Of a stretch of 64,000 nucleotides of DNA, positions 20,625 to 29,994 are shown piece after piece. The DNA is from an uncultured Gemmatimonadales bacterium. Its GTDB lineage: Bacteria > Gemmatimonadota > Gemmatimonadetes > Gemmatimonadales > GWC2-71-9. Position numbers and translations under genes: made by a program. Where the stretch lies: NCBI GenBank assembly GCA_963728915.1, contig CAVSLV010000004.1, positions 480,001 through 544,000 on the forward strand, in the 5' to 3' direction. The notes below the pieces were generated by a model, which made no database searches, was not told the DNA's origin, and saw only the letters and a program-made list of their open reading frames with translations. Numbering within the stretch: position 1 is the first letter of the stretch; each line of letters starts with the position of its first letter.

Positions 20625-21626
20625 CTATTTAGGGGGATGCCGTGACGGGGCGCCGAGTCGCACCACGGCCGTGTCTCCTTTGCGATCGATCGACGCGCCC
20701 AGAGCCAGCTGAAGCACTTCGAGGACCTGATCTTTGGATTCCCGGGTAAACCGGGCCGAAACATGCCGATTGGCGAGGCTGGAATCGGCCAGCACCAGCT
20801 CGAGGCCGAACCAGCGGCGCAGATCCTCGCGGACCCGGCTCATCGGGGCGTTATCGAAGATGAGCTGCCCATGCAGCCACGCGAGATCGGCCTCGTTGCG
20901 CTGCCCGGGAACCGGCGTCGCGTCCCGGGCGCCCAGGGTGCCGACCTCCCCCGCCTTGAGGGTGAGCGCCCGGGCGGCCCGGCGCACCGTGTCCTGAAGA
21001 ACGACCGACCCCGACTCCACCATGACCCGCACCTCCTCGTTCCCCGCGTGCACCATGAACCTGGTGCCGAGGTCGACGATCTCCGCGCCCCCGGCTCGCA
21101 CCAGAAAACGATGGGCGGGGTCATGGGGCACGTCGAACAGAGCCTGGCCCTCGATGGAGACGGTGCGATCGGGTGCGCCATAACCCGCCGGGACTTCCAG
21201 CCGGCTGGCCGGCCCGAGCACCGCGGTGGCGCCGTCGGCGAGACGAATCGAATCGGTTTGCCCGACGCCGGTGAGGTAGGTGAGGGAGGGGGGTAGGGGG
21301 GAAGGACGGAGCAGGCGCCAGAGGAAGGCGGCACCGACGATCAGGGCCAGGGCCGCGGCCAGTCCGATCCAGGGAGCGGTTCGCCGCCGGGCGGGGAATC
21401 CGATGACCCGGGCTTCCCCGAAGCGGCTCTTCACCTGGCGAAGGGCGGCCTCCACGTCGACCGGATCATCGGCTGGACCCACTTGCCCGATGGTTTCCAG
21501 GAAGGGTCCCAGGGCGGGATCCTGCTCGGTCCACGCCCGCACCTGGTCGCGCTCGGCGGCCGACGCCTCCCCCGCGAGGTGACGGCCCAGAATGATCCAG
21601 TCGGTTTCGGCGGTTGGCCCCCTCAT
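20625..21626 (-). CDS. FecR-family anti-sigma sensor
   Basis: N-terminal W motif, single TM helix, LADG, GQALFDV, DLGTRF, AWLHGQLIF. Confidence 0.92.
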   Translation of the reverse strand: MRGPTAETDWIILGRHLAGEASAAERDQVRAWTEQDPALGPFLETIGQVGPADDPVDVEAALRQVKSRFGEARVIGFPARRRTAPWIGLAAALALIVGAAFLWRLLRPSPLPPSLTYLTGVGQTDSIRLADGATAVLGPASRLEVPAGYGAPDRTVSIEGQALFDVPHDPAHRFLVRAGGAEIVDLGTRFMVHAGNEEVRVMVESGSVVLQDTVRRAARALTLKAGEVGTLGARDATPVPGQRNEADLAWLHGQLIFDNAPMSRVREDLRRWFGLELVLADSSLANRHVSARFTRESKDQVLEVLQLALGASIDRKGDTAVVRLGAPSRHPPK

Positions 21627-21632
21627 GCGCAG

Positions 21633-21659
21633 ATGACACCCCTCCCGGGTACCACCCTA
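21633..21659 (-). promoter_or_regulatory. Candidate ECF promoter (TAGGGT-N14-GTGTCAT) for fecR and the TonB receptor
   Basis: Same GGGT-N14-GTGTC spacing as the copy at 22247-22275. Confidence 0.55.
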
Positions 21660-21703
21660 TATTCGAGCGACCCCCAACCCAAGCCCTGCCAAGAGCCTCC
21701 CCG

Positions 21704-22249
21704 GTGACCGACCAGGAAAACTTCGAGCGACTTCGCCAGGGAGACGAGCGTGGATTCGACGAGATTTTCCGGGCTCATTATACGGGTCTGGTCGGGTTTG
21801 CCCAATCGATTCTCAAGGACCGTGCCGACGCCGAGGACACCGCCCAGGAAGTGCTGCTGGAGCTCTGGCGCCGTCGATCGAATATAGTCCTCGAGACTTC
21901 CCTCCGGGCCTACCTCTTCCAGTCGACCCGGAACCGCGCCCTCAACCGGATTCGCCACCAGCGAGTGGTGGACCGGCTCGATCCCGAAGTCGCCAAGCCG
22001 AGCTCCGTTCCCCGACCCGATCGTGCCCTGGCGGAGCGGGAGATGAGCGTGGTGATCCGGCAGGCCCTGGAGGACCTGCCCGATCGCTGCCGGGAGGTCT
22101 TCCGGCTCTCCCGCGATCGCGGGCTCAAGTACGCGGAGATTGCGACCGCGCTCGGTATCTCGATCAAGACGGTGGAAGCCCAGATGGGCAAGGCGCTCCG
22201 GGTCTTGCGGGAGCGGCTGGCGCCCTGGCTTCCGGACGGCGATTCCTAG
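21704..22249 (+). CDS. ECF sigma-70 factor (FecI-like)
   Basis: AEDTAQEVLLELW, RNRALNRIR, LPDRCREVFRLSR..LKYAEIA..ISIKTVE; GTG start. Confidence 0.92.
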   Translation: MTDQENFERLRQGDERGFDEIFRAHYTGLVGFAQSILKDRADAEDTAQEVLLELWRRRSNIVLETSLRAYLFQSTRNRALNRIRHQRVVDRLDPEVAKPSSVPRPDRALAEREMSVVIRQALEDLPDRCREVFRLSRDRGLKYAEIATALGISIKTVEAQMGKALRVLRERLAPWLPDGDS

Positions 22250-22275
22250 GGGTAACCGGACGGCTTCGTGTCTTC
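22247..22275 (+). promoter_or_regulatory. Candidate ECF promoter (TAGGGGT-N14-GTGTCTTC) for the downstream lipoprotein
   Basis: Overlaps the sigma stop codon; matches the motif upstream of fecR. Confidence 0.55.
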
Positions 22276-22344
22276 AGCCTAACGCCGGTCGCGATTCTGC
22301 GTCTTCGAATCGCCAGCAAACGTCACCACTGGGAGACACGCCGT

Positions 22345-23265
22345 ATGCGCACGAAACGACTGCTCGTGGCCGCCTTGCTTCCGATGGCGGCAGCCTGTTC
22401 CACGCTGACCACCGATACCACCAATACCGCCGATCTCCTCGCCGCCTTTCAGACGGCGCCTTTCGGGATGAGCGACGTGTCCAGCACCTTCGCGACCAGC
22501 TCGGACCAGGAAGGCACTCCCTGGGCGCCGCCGGGACGGCCGGGGCATGAGTTCGATCACCGCGGCCCCCCGGGTGGTCCCATGGGATTCATGATGGGCG
22601 GCCTGGGAGGGGGATTCCTGGGCGGCCTTTTCGGGCCTCACTTCGGAAACCGTCCGGTGAGCGAGGATGGCGACGGGGGCAACTGCGCCTTCAACAGCGG
22701 GACCGGACGGGTGGAATGCGATCCGGTCACCCGGGGCGGATTGACGATCGTTCGCTCGGCGCAGTACCAGGATGCGAGCGGAACGGTCCAGAGCGCCTTC
22801 GACGCCCAGACCACCAATGCCATTACTACGCAGATTGCGGTCACCGGGACGATTACCCGGCGCGACAACGCCAGCAGCGAAGTGGACGATCAGAGCGACC
22901 GGACCGTGACCGGACTGGCGCCGGGCAGTACCCAGCGCACCGTCAACGGCGCCTCCCGCGGGCACGAGGTCACCACCGGGACCGACCGAACCGGAGATTT
23001 CGTCGCCGATCGAACCGCGGATGACGCGGTCGAGAACGTGGTGATCCCGGTGGGAACCGACGGCCGGCCCGGGTTCCCCAGCTCCGGGACGATCACCCGG
23101 TCCATGACGGTCACGGTGACCTACACCGGCGCGGCGCCGGAGACGGTGACCCGAAGCGAGATGATCACCTTCACCGGAAGCAACTCCGCGACGATCACCA
23201 TCACCCACAACGGCGAAACCAGGACCTGCACCCTCTCGCCGGACGCGCGGCCGAGCTGCTCCTAG
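22345..23265 (+). CDS. Lipoprotein of unknown function (Thr/Gly-rich)
   Basis: Lipobox MAAAC; GGAG SD; two additional Cys pairs. Confidence 0.75.
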   Translation: MRTKRLLVAALLPMAAACSTLTTDTTNTADLLAAFQTAPFGMSDVSSTFATSSDQEGTPWAPPGRPGHEFDHRGPPGGPMGFMMGGLGGGFLGGLFGPHFGNRPVSEDGDGGNCAFNSGTGRVECDPVTRGGLTIVRSAQYQDASGTVQSAFDAQTTNAITTQIAVTGTITRRDNASSEVDDQSDRTVTGLAPGSTQRTVNGASRGHEVTTGTDRTGDFVADRTADDAVENVVIPVGTDGRPGFPSSGTITRSMTVTVTYTGAAPETVTRSEMITFTGSNSATITITHNGETRTCTLSPDARPSCS

Positions 23266-25589
23266 ACCCGTCTCCAGAACGGTTGCATCGGGACGAAGGC
23301 CTCCTCCCACATCTCCTCCAGGAGATGGGGGAGAAGGCCTTCACCGTTTCCCGGCGGGAGGATCGCGAGGGCGAACTCCAGGGTGTGCAGTCCCGGTTCC
23401 TGTGCTTCGGGCGTGGAAATCGGCCAGGCGGCATGACCGGGCCGTTCGGGGAGCTCACCTTTCGACAGCTCACCGACCGCCCGGAACGCGGTGATCAGCA
23501 GGTCGCCCCCGCGAGTCCATTCGTACTCGAAAAAGCCCGGCGCCAGCACCACGAGCGTAGCCTTCTTCCCCGACGCCGAGACGTAACGCTGGGCCGGCCG
23601 GGTCGGAGTCGAGCGCTCCACCACGACCGGCTCCACCGCAACGGGAGGAGCCACTTCATCGAGACCTGCGGTTGATCCGGCCCGGAGGTGACCGGGACCC
23701 ACTGCGAATCGAAGCCGGAGACGGTGGTTGCAGGCTCGCTGGTCGAGCTCGAGTCGAAGCCGCACCAGGGGTGAGTCCCGATCAATGACGACGAGCGATC
23801 GCGCGGCGACGCCCCCGCTTCGGAACCGCGCGGTCCAGCGGGTCTCCACCGCCCCCAGCAACGGACCCCGGGCGAGGACCGCCTGGGCAAGCGGCGCCAC
23901 GCTCCCCGGTTCCGGTTCCCCTTCGCCGGAAAAGGTGTAGAGGTCGCCCTGATCCGCCTGATCCACCAGCCGAAGCAATCCCGGCAGGGAAACGCCGCTG
24001 GCGGCATCCGTCAGGGTGAGCGTTCCGGCCGGGGCGCACTGAACCGTCACACTCCGGTTCTCGAGGGTGGCCGGTTCGATGGCCAGGGCCGGCCCCACCG
24101 GCTTCGCGTTCGAGGGGGTCGGTTCGAGCCGAAGAAGGCCTAACCCGGGAATGACGGGCGCTTCGAACGCCACCCAGGCCTGGTCCACCTCATCGTGGTC
24201 CGGATAGCGGCGCGGGTCGTCGCGCCGCTCCGAGCCGGGCCGGACCGTCAGCATCTGGAGCGGGATCCTTCGGCCCGCGGGGGTTGCCAGCGCCACCGGC
24301 CGGAACCCCGGACCGGCGCGGCCGCGGACGGGCGAAGGCCCGACCGGAACGTCCCGGCGGAAGAAGCTGAGTCGAGCGGTCACGATGCCGGTCCGGGGGC
24401 GGGTCGCCGGATTCCAGAGGGCGAGGTCGCCGGGCGCCTCCGCTTCGCCGAGCAGGGTGTCGACCGCGGCCCGGGCCAGGAGACGGCTCTCGCGATCGAC
24501 GGCGGCCAGCCGGAGCGCCTGCTCCCGCTGGGCCTCGTCACAGGTGGTCCCCGCGAGCGTGTCGTGGAACTGGCACTGGAGCAGGGTGCGCCAGGCATGG
24601 GAGAGAACCGGCTCCTGATCGATCCCGCCGTGCTCCCTGGCCAGACGGTCGAGCGGTTCGGCGAATCGGGTCAGGCGGAGCTCTGCCTCGCCATGGCGGC
24701 GCTTCAGGCGGGAACGCGACGAGTGCACATCCTGGAGGTCCCAGGTGAGGCCCTGACTCGACCGGAGCGCGCCCCGGAGCAGGGGCGGGTGGGCCAGCTC
24801 CGGCTCGACCGCGTCGAAGTACTCCCCTAACCCGCTGACCCGGACCTGGTGGCCCGGCTCCAGGGCGCGGAGCCGGCGGGCCAGTCCGGCAAGGCCGGGG
24901 ACCATGGGGTGGTGATCGGCGCCCAGAAAGACCGCGAGGTGGGAGGTCGAGGCGCGGTCGGTCAGCTCCTGGCGGATCCGCCGCCAGACGCGGCCGAGGT
25001 CGGCCCCGGTGCCGGCAAGGTCGATGGCGAAGTCATAACCCGCCGGCGGCAGGTGGTGCACCAGGAGGCTCTCACCGCCCGGCGATTCCCAGCGGTAGAA
25101 ATCCCCGGGCCGACCGAGGCCGCGCCGAATCACCGCGCGTCGAATCCCGAATTCGGCGGCGATCGCGGGAAGTGCCGCGGGATGGCCGAAGGCATCGGGG
25201 CTGTACAGCACGTCGAGGCATCGACCGAACCGTTCGGCCTGGCGGCGGCCCTCGACGAGGTTCCGCCGGATCGCCTGCGCCGAGGGGATCTGGAGGTCCG
25301 CCAGGACGTACCAGGGCCCGATCTCGAGGGCTCCGCGCCCGACCTGGGTCCGGATCCGCGCCTCCTGCTCGGGCCGGAGGGCGAGATAGTCCTCCAGCAG
25401 AATGGTCTGCCCATCGAGGAGAAACCGGGCGTCGGGGTCCGCCTCCAGCTGCTCGAGGACCCGGTCGAGGACCGGAACCAGACGAGCCTGAAACGCATCC
25501 CGGGGCAGGTACCACTCCCGATCCCAGTGGGTATGGGGGATAAGATGGAAGGTAAAGGCGGACCGGCGGACCGGCGGACCGGCGGACAG
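23262..25589 (-). CDS. Glycoside hydrolase family 38 (alpha-mannosidase-like); start codon non-canonical/uncertain
   Basis: In-frame extension above the listed ORF gives FHLIPHTHWDREWY, LLDGQT, IGPWYVLAD, then PDAFGH and QFHDTLAG; no in-frame ATG/GTG/TTG upstream of these motifs, nearest CTG at 25589. Confidence 0.82.
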   Translation of the reverse strand: MSAGPPVRRSAFTFHLIPHTHWDREWYLPRDAFQARLVPVLDRVLEQLEADPDARFLLDGQTILLEDYLALRPEQEARIRTQVGRGALEIGPWYVLADLQIPSAQAIRRNLVEGRRQAERFGRCLDVLYSPDAFGHPAALPAIAAEFGIRRAVIRRGLGRPGDFYRWESPGGESLLVHHLPPAGYDFAIDLAGTGADLGRVWRRIRQELTDRASTSHLAVFLGADHHPMVPGLAGLARRLRALEPGHQVRVSGLGEYFDAVEPELAHPPLLRGALRSSQGLTWDLQDVHSSRSRLKRRHGEAELRLTRFAEPLDRLAREHGGIDQEPVLSHAWRTLLQCQFHDTLAGTTCDEAQREQALRLAAVDRESRLLARAAVDTLLGEAEAPGDLALWNPATRPRTGIVTARLSFFRRDVPVGPSPVRGRAGPGFRPVALATPAGRRIPLQMLTVRPGSERRDDPRRYPDHDEVDQAWVAFEAPVIPGLGLLRLEPTPSNAKPVGPALAIEPATLENRSVTVQCAPAGTLTLTDAASGVSLPGLLRLVDQADQGDLYTFSGEGEPEPGSVAPLAQAVLARGPLLGAVETRWTARFRSGGVAARSLVVIDRDSPLVRLRLELDQRACNHRLRLRFAVGPGHLRAGSTAGLDEVAPPVAVEPVVVERSTPTRPAQRYVSASGKKATLVVLAPGFFEYEWTRGGDLLITAFRAVGELSKGELPERPGHAAWPISTPEAQEPGLHTLEFALAILPPGNGEGLLPHLLEEMWEEAFVPMQPFWRRV
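25557..25589. repeat. Octamer tandem repeat (GGCGGACC x ~4) at the 5' end of the GH38 gene
   Basis: ggcggaccggcggaccggcggaccggcggacag. Confidence 0.85.
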
Positions 25590-25602
25590 GGTGGGCAGGG
25601 GC

Positions 25603-26985
25603 TTATTCCGCGATGATGGAGAGCTTGCCGCGGTCCTCGGGGCGGAGGGCGGCGGGGCGCCCTAACACGCTCTGGACGAAATCGTTCCACCAGTCCCCGG
25701 CGGGCTCCGGCACACGATAGGGGTTCAGGGTCGGCCAGGTGCGCTCGTGGATCCGTTCGCCCGCCGCGATGGCCTGTTCCGGGTCGATGCCTTCGTGCCG
25801 CAGCCAGCGGCGGCCGATCTGGGCGTGGAGCACCTCGTCGGCCCAGTCGTAGTCGTGAAAGTGGGCCGACAGCGCGTCGCCGGCCTCGAGCGCGGTCCGG
25901 TATTCGAAGCGTTTGCCGGTTTCCCCCGGCATCAGGGATTGCTCGATCGCGAAAAGAATGGTCTGCCGCTCGAGCGGCGTCGCGTGAAGGTTGAGCCGGA
26001 GGGAGAATCCCAGGTTGAGGGGGATCCGGGTCCAGTCCACCCCGCGCGATTCGAACGCGACGCTCCCCATCATGGCATGGCGGGTCTCGTCCCACAGCTG
26101 GCGGGAAAAGTCGAGCAGGAATTCCCAGGGCTGCTCCGGGCGCTCCACCAGGATCGAGGCCATCATTTCGGGGACGTCCATCTCGAGGGTGCGCTTGGCG
26201 AGCAGCGCCAGGTTGCGCTCGTCGGCCGGCACCCGGGGATCGTTGTACAGCACGTGCGGCGGGAAATCGAATGCGTACTGACCCTGGAAGCGATCGTCGC
26301 GGCGGGGATGGAAATCAGCCGCGAACGGCACCACGGCGCGTGGCGCGGGAAGCTCGGGCGGGTCCTCCGCCTCCGGTCCCGCGATCCCGCCCGCCGCATC
26401 GAGATAGGCGCGCAGGTGCTCCTGCCACCGGGCGACCCGCTCCGCGGCTTCCCTTGACCCGCGGGTTAACGCCTCCAGGGCGGCCCGGCTCCAGGCGAGC
26501 GCCGCCTCGTGGTCCAGCAGGGCCGCCTGAAGCACCCGCCGGGTGGGCTGGTCCACCAGCGGGTTGCTCCGCGCCAGATGCGCCCGGTAGCAGGCGGCCA
26601 GGGCCTCGCGCACCAGGTGATAACTCCCCCCGAGCAGCTCGACCTGATCGTCGCTCCGGATCGCCTCGTCGAGTGCCCGTTCGAGCGCGGGATCCGGCGC
26701 TCGATCCAGGGGCGGGACCGGGTGGCGCATCTCCCCGATTCGTCTCCGGATCCCATCGGCGTGGAGCCCGTCCTGCCACTGGTGCAGCGCGTACCCGCAC
26801 TTGAGCTCCCACGCCGGTTCCGCGGTGAGGTGGGAGAGAAGATCCCGCATCAGCCATCGCTCGACCCACTGATAACGCAACAGACGGCGGACCGATTCAT
26901 CCACCGAGTACCCGATCCGGCTCGCCTCCTCGTAGGACGCGAGGCCGGCCAGCTCGGGGACGCCGAGCGACGGCGCGGCGCTCAT
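25603..26985 (-). CDS. Ferritin-like di-iron protein (DUF455-like)
   Basis: WDETRH and ADEVLHAQIGRRW ExxH pairs, plus an N-terminal degenerate ferritin-like half (QWQDGLH, LLDHE). Confidence 0.7.
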   Translation of the reverse strand: MSAAPSLGVPELAGLASYEEASRIGYSVDESVRRLLRYQWVERWLMRDLLSHLTAEPAWELKCGYALHQWQDGLHADGIRRRIGEMRHPVPPLDRAPDPALERALDEAIRSDDQVELLGGSYHLVREALAACYRAHLARSNPLVDQPTRRVLQAALLDHEAALAWSRAALEALTRGSREAAERVARWQEHLRAYLDAAGGIAGPEAEDPPELPAPRAVVPFAADFHPRRDDRFQGQYAFDFPPHVLYNDPRVPADERNLALLAKRTLEMDVPEMMASILVERPEQPWEFLLDFSRQLWDETRHAMMGSVAFESRGVDWTRIPLNLGFSLRLNLHATPLERQTILFAIEQSLMPGETGKRFEYRTALEAGDALSAHFHDYDWADEVLHAQIGRRWLRHEGIDPEQAIAAGERIHERTWPTLNPYRVPEPAGDWWNDFVQSVLGRPAALRPEDRGKLSIIAE

Positions 26986-29960
26986 GGCTTTGGGGCCGGT
27001 TCTCCGAGCGCCTGGTTCAACTCGGCTTCCACCGCGTCGAGCTCCTTGCGAAGGCCCTGGTACCGCTGGAGCGCGTCATGGCCCACCTTCTGGTCGGTGT
27101 TCGCGGTCATGCTGGCCAGGTAGCTGATGTGGGCCTGAAGTCCCGGCTTCCCGTAGCGCACCGGCTCGCTGAGCAGCTTCGCCGCGATTGCCTGAACCCG
27201 GGCGACGGTATCGGCAGTCGCGCCGGTCGCCCCGCGGGTCCGACTCAGGAACTGCTGCACCCTTGCCACCGTCCGGCCGACCTCGCCGACCATCCGACGC
27301 ATCCGGAGATTGTGCTCGAACTCGGCGGCAAGATCGGCGGCGGTGGTCCCTTCGGCGGGGAGACGGGGATCGATGCGCACGGTGAGCGGCACGGTCCTGG
27401 TCACGCCGCCCGCCGTCAGTCGGACCTGGTACTCGCCCGGCGGCGCCATCACGCCCTCGGAGTGACGGAGGTCCCAGACGAACCGGTTCATCCCGGCCGT
27501 CCTGGTCACCTGGCTCACAAAGAACCGGCCGAAGCCGAACCCCGAATTCTCCTCGTCATCGCCGCCGCGGCCGCGGAAGACCGGCGGCGGGGTGTCGCTG
27601 CTGTACGTGTTGACCACCCCGCCCGCGTGATCGAGAATTTCGATCTTGACCGGACCGTCGGGTACGGCGGGGAGGTAATAGTCCACCCGGGGGCCGAGGA
27701 TCGCGGTGGCGGTCCGGGTGTGGTAGCCGACTCCGGGGCGGAACAGGGTGATCTCCCCGGTGCTGGTGGCCGGAGTGAGCTGGCGGAGCGACGAGAGATC
27801 GTCGAGCATCCACATCGCCCGCCCCTGCGTCGCGATCATCAGGTCGTTCCGGAACACCCGGACGTCGTTGATCGGGACGTTAGGCAGGTTGAGCTGGAAG
27901 GTCTGCCAGTGGCCGCCGTTGTCGAACGAGACGAACATGCCGAACTCGGTGCCCGCATAGAGCAGCCCTTCCCGAACCGGATCTTCCCGCACCACCCGGG
28001 CCGGCCAGTCCGCTGGAATTCCATTCTTCCCGTCGGTGAGCCGCTTCCAGGTCGCCCCGTAGTCGTCGGTGCGATAGAGGTAGGGCTGGTAGTCGCCCAG
28101 GAGATACCGGTACACGGCGTAGTACGCCGAGCCTTTGCGATGGGGCGAAGCATCGATCCAGGCGACCCGTCCGCCGGGAGGGAGGTCCTTGGGGGTAACG
28201 TTCTTCCAGGTCTTGCCGTTGTCGCGGGTCAGGTAGAAGGGGCCGTCGTTGGAGCCGGTCCAGATCACTCCTGCCTCATGGGGCGACTCGGTGATCGCGT
28301 AGAGCGTGCTGTAGAACTCTTCCCCGGTCACGTCGCGGGTGATGGGCTCGCCGCTCGCGCCCTGACAGCAGGCCGGATGCGCGGTGAGGTCGGGGGAGAT
28401 GGTCTCCCAGGTGACGCCCTTGTCCCGGGTGCGGTGCAGGAACTGGGAGCCGTAGTAAAGCACCTCCGGATCGTGAGGGGACGTCGCCATCGGGGAAACC
28501 CGCTGGAACCGGAAGATCAGGTCGCTGGCCGGGTTGCCGTAGAGGGATTGCCCGCCAACCCAGTAGTTCCGGTTCTGTCCGGTGGTCATGTTCATCACCT
28601 GATACTGACCCTTGCAGGACCCGTAGACGAAGTTGGGATCGCGGGGATAGGGCATGATCGGCCCGGTTTCGCACCCCGGCCCGGCATGCCAGTCAGTGAG
28701 GTCGAACGGGTTGGCCACGCTCGAGAGGATCACCGTGCTGGCGTCCTGCTGCGCTCCGTAGAGCTGGTAGGGAAAGAGCGTGTCGGTCCAGACCCCGTAG
28801 ATCTCCGAGGTGGGCTGATTCATCTGGGTGGACCAGGTCTTCCCGCCATCGAACGAGACGTTGGCGCCGCCGTCGTTCGACTGAATCAGGGTGTTCCCGT
28901 CGTGCGGGTTGATCCAGATATCGTGATTGTCGCCGTGCGGCGTGCGCAGTGCGGTCATGGTCTTGCCGCCGTCCACCGATTTGAAAAAGCCCTCCGCGCC
29001 GGCGTAGACCACCTCGGCGTTGGTCGGATCCGCGCCCAGGGTGGTGTAATAGAAAGGACGCTGAACCAGGGCGCCTTGCGAGTTGACCTGCGACCAGGAT
29101 TGCCCGGCGTCGTCGGAGCGGTAGAGTCCTCCGCCCGGCCTGGCCTCGACCAGGGCGTAGATCCGCCGGGGATTGGCCGGGGTCACCGCGAGGTTGCCTT
29201 TGCCGATCAGGTCGTTGGGAAGCCCGGTGGTGATCCGGGTGAAGTGCTCGCCGGCGTCGGTGCTCTTGTAGAACCCGCCTTCGTGGGAGCCGCTGATGAT
29301 GGTCCAGGGTTTTCGCTCGATCCGGTTCATCCAGGCGTAGACCACCTCCGGATTGCCGGGCATCAGCTCCACATCCATGGCTCCGGTCGAGTCGGAGACG
29401 AACAGGGTGTTCCTCCAGGTCTTCCCGCCGTCGGTGGTCTTGAAGAGACCGCGCTGGTGACTGGGCTTGAAGATGTCGCCATAGGCGGCGACCCAGACCG
29501 TGTTAGGGTCGGTGGGATGGATGCGCACCGCGCCGATCTGCCCCGCGTCGTAGAGCCCGGCGAAGGCCCAGGTCTTCCCCCCGTCGGTGGTCCTGTACAC
29601 GCCTCGGCCGGTGGAGACATTGCTCCGGACCCCGTCCGATCCGGTGCCCACATAGATGATGTTCGGGTCGGACTCCGCCACCGCGATCGAGCCGACCGAG
29701 CCGAGCGGAATCTTCCCGTCGGTGATCGGTTCCCAGTTGGCGCCGCCATCGGTGGTGCGGAACACGCCGCCGCTCGCGACCCCCATGTAGAACGTCCTGG
29801 GCTGGGAAGGGACTCCGGTCACCGTGGTGACTCGGCCGCCCCGGGAGGGGCCGACCAGTCGGTAGCTCAGCCCATGAAAGAGCGCGCTGTCGACCTGGGC
29901 GGATGCGGTGGAAGCGAGCGTGACGAAGCTCAGAACCGTCAAGGGAATTCGGAAGGACAT
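26982..29960 (-). CDS. Secreted VPS10/BNR-repeat beta-propeller glycosyl hydrolase-like protein
   Basis: GPSRGGRV and many T/S-x-D-G-G-x-T/S-W Asp boxes; signal peptide ending ASA. Confidence 0.85.
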   Translation of the reverse strand: MSFRIPLTVLSFVTLASTASAQVDSALFHGLSYRLVGPSRGGRVTTVTGVPSQPRTFYMGVASGGVFRTTDGGANWEPITDGKIPLGSVGSIAVAESDPNIIYVGTGSDGVRSNVSTGRGVYRTTDGGKTWAFAGLYDAGQIGAVRIHPTDPNTVWVAAYGDIFKPSHQRGLFKTTDGGKTWRNTLFVSDSTGAMDVELMPGNPEVVYAWMNRIERKPWTIISGSHEGGFYKSTDAGEHFTRITTGLPNDLIGKGNLAVTPANPRRIYALVEARPGGGLYRSDDAGQSWSQVNSQGALVQRPFYYTTLGADPTNAEVVYAGAEGFFKSVDGGKTMTALRTPHGDNHDIWINPHDGNTLIQSNDGGANVSFDGGKTWSTQMNQPTSEIYGVWTDTLFPYQLYGAQQDASTVILSSVANPFDLTDWHAGPGCETGPIMPYPRDPNFVYGSCKGQYQVMNMTTGQNRNYWVGGQSLYGNPASDLIFRFQRVSPMATSPHDPEVLYYGSQFLHRTRDKGVTWETISPDLTAHPACCQGASGEPITRDVTGEEFYSTLYAITESPHEAGVIWTGSNDGPFYLTRDNGKTWKNVTPKDLPPGGRVAWIDASPHRKGSAYYAVYRYLLGDYQPYLYRTDDYGATWKRLTDGKNGIPADWPARVVREDPVREGLLYAGTEFGMFVSFDNGGHWQTFQLNLPNVPINDVRVFRNDLMIATQGRAMWMLDDLSSLRQLTPATSTGEITLFRPGVGYHTRTATAILGPRVDYYLPAVPDGPVKIEILDHAGGVVNTYSSDTPPPVFRGRGGDDEENSGFGFGRFFVSQVTRTAGMNRFVWDLRHSEGVMAPPGEYQVRLTAGGVTRTVPLTVRIDPRLPAEGTTAADLAAEFEHNLRMRRMVGEVGRTVARVQQFLSRTRGATGATADTVARVQAIAAKLLSEPVRYGKPGLQAHISYLASMTANTDQKVGHDALQRYQGLRKELDAVEAELNQALGEPAPKP

Positions 29961-29994
29961 CTCAGACACCGGGCCGAGGGAAAGAAGGAAGTGC

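Noticed and set aside
20622..20630. In-frame TAG between fecR and the TonB receptor as read-through/pyrrolysine
   Set aside because: ATG and a signal peptide follow immediately; ordinary translational coupling.
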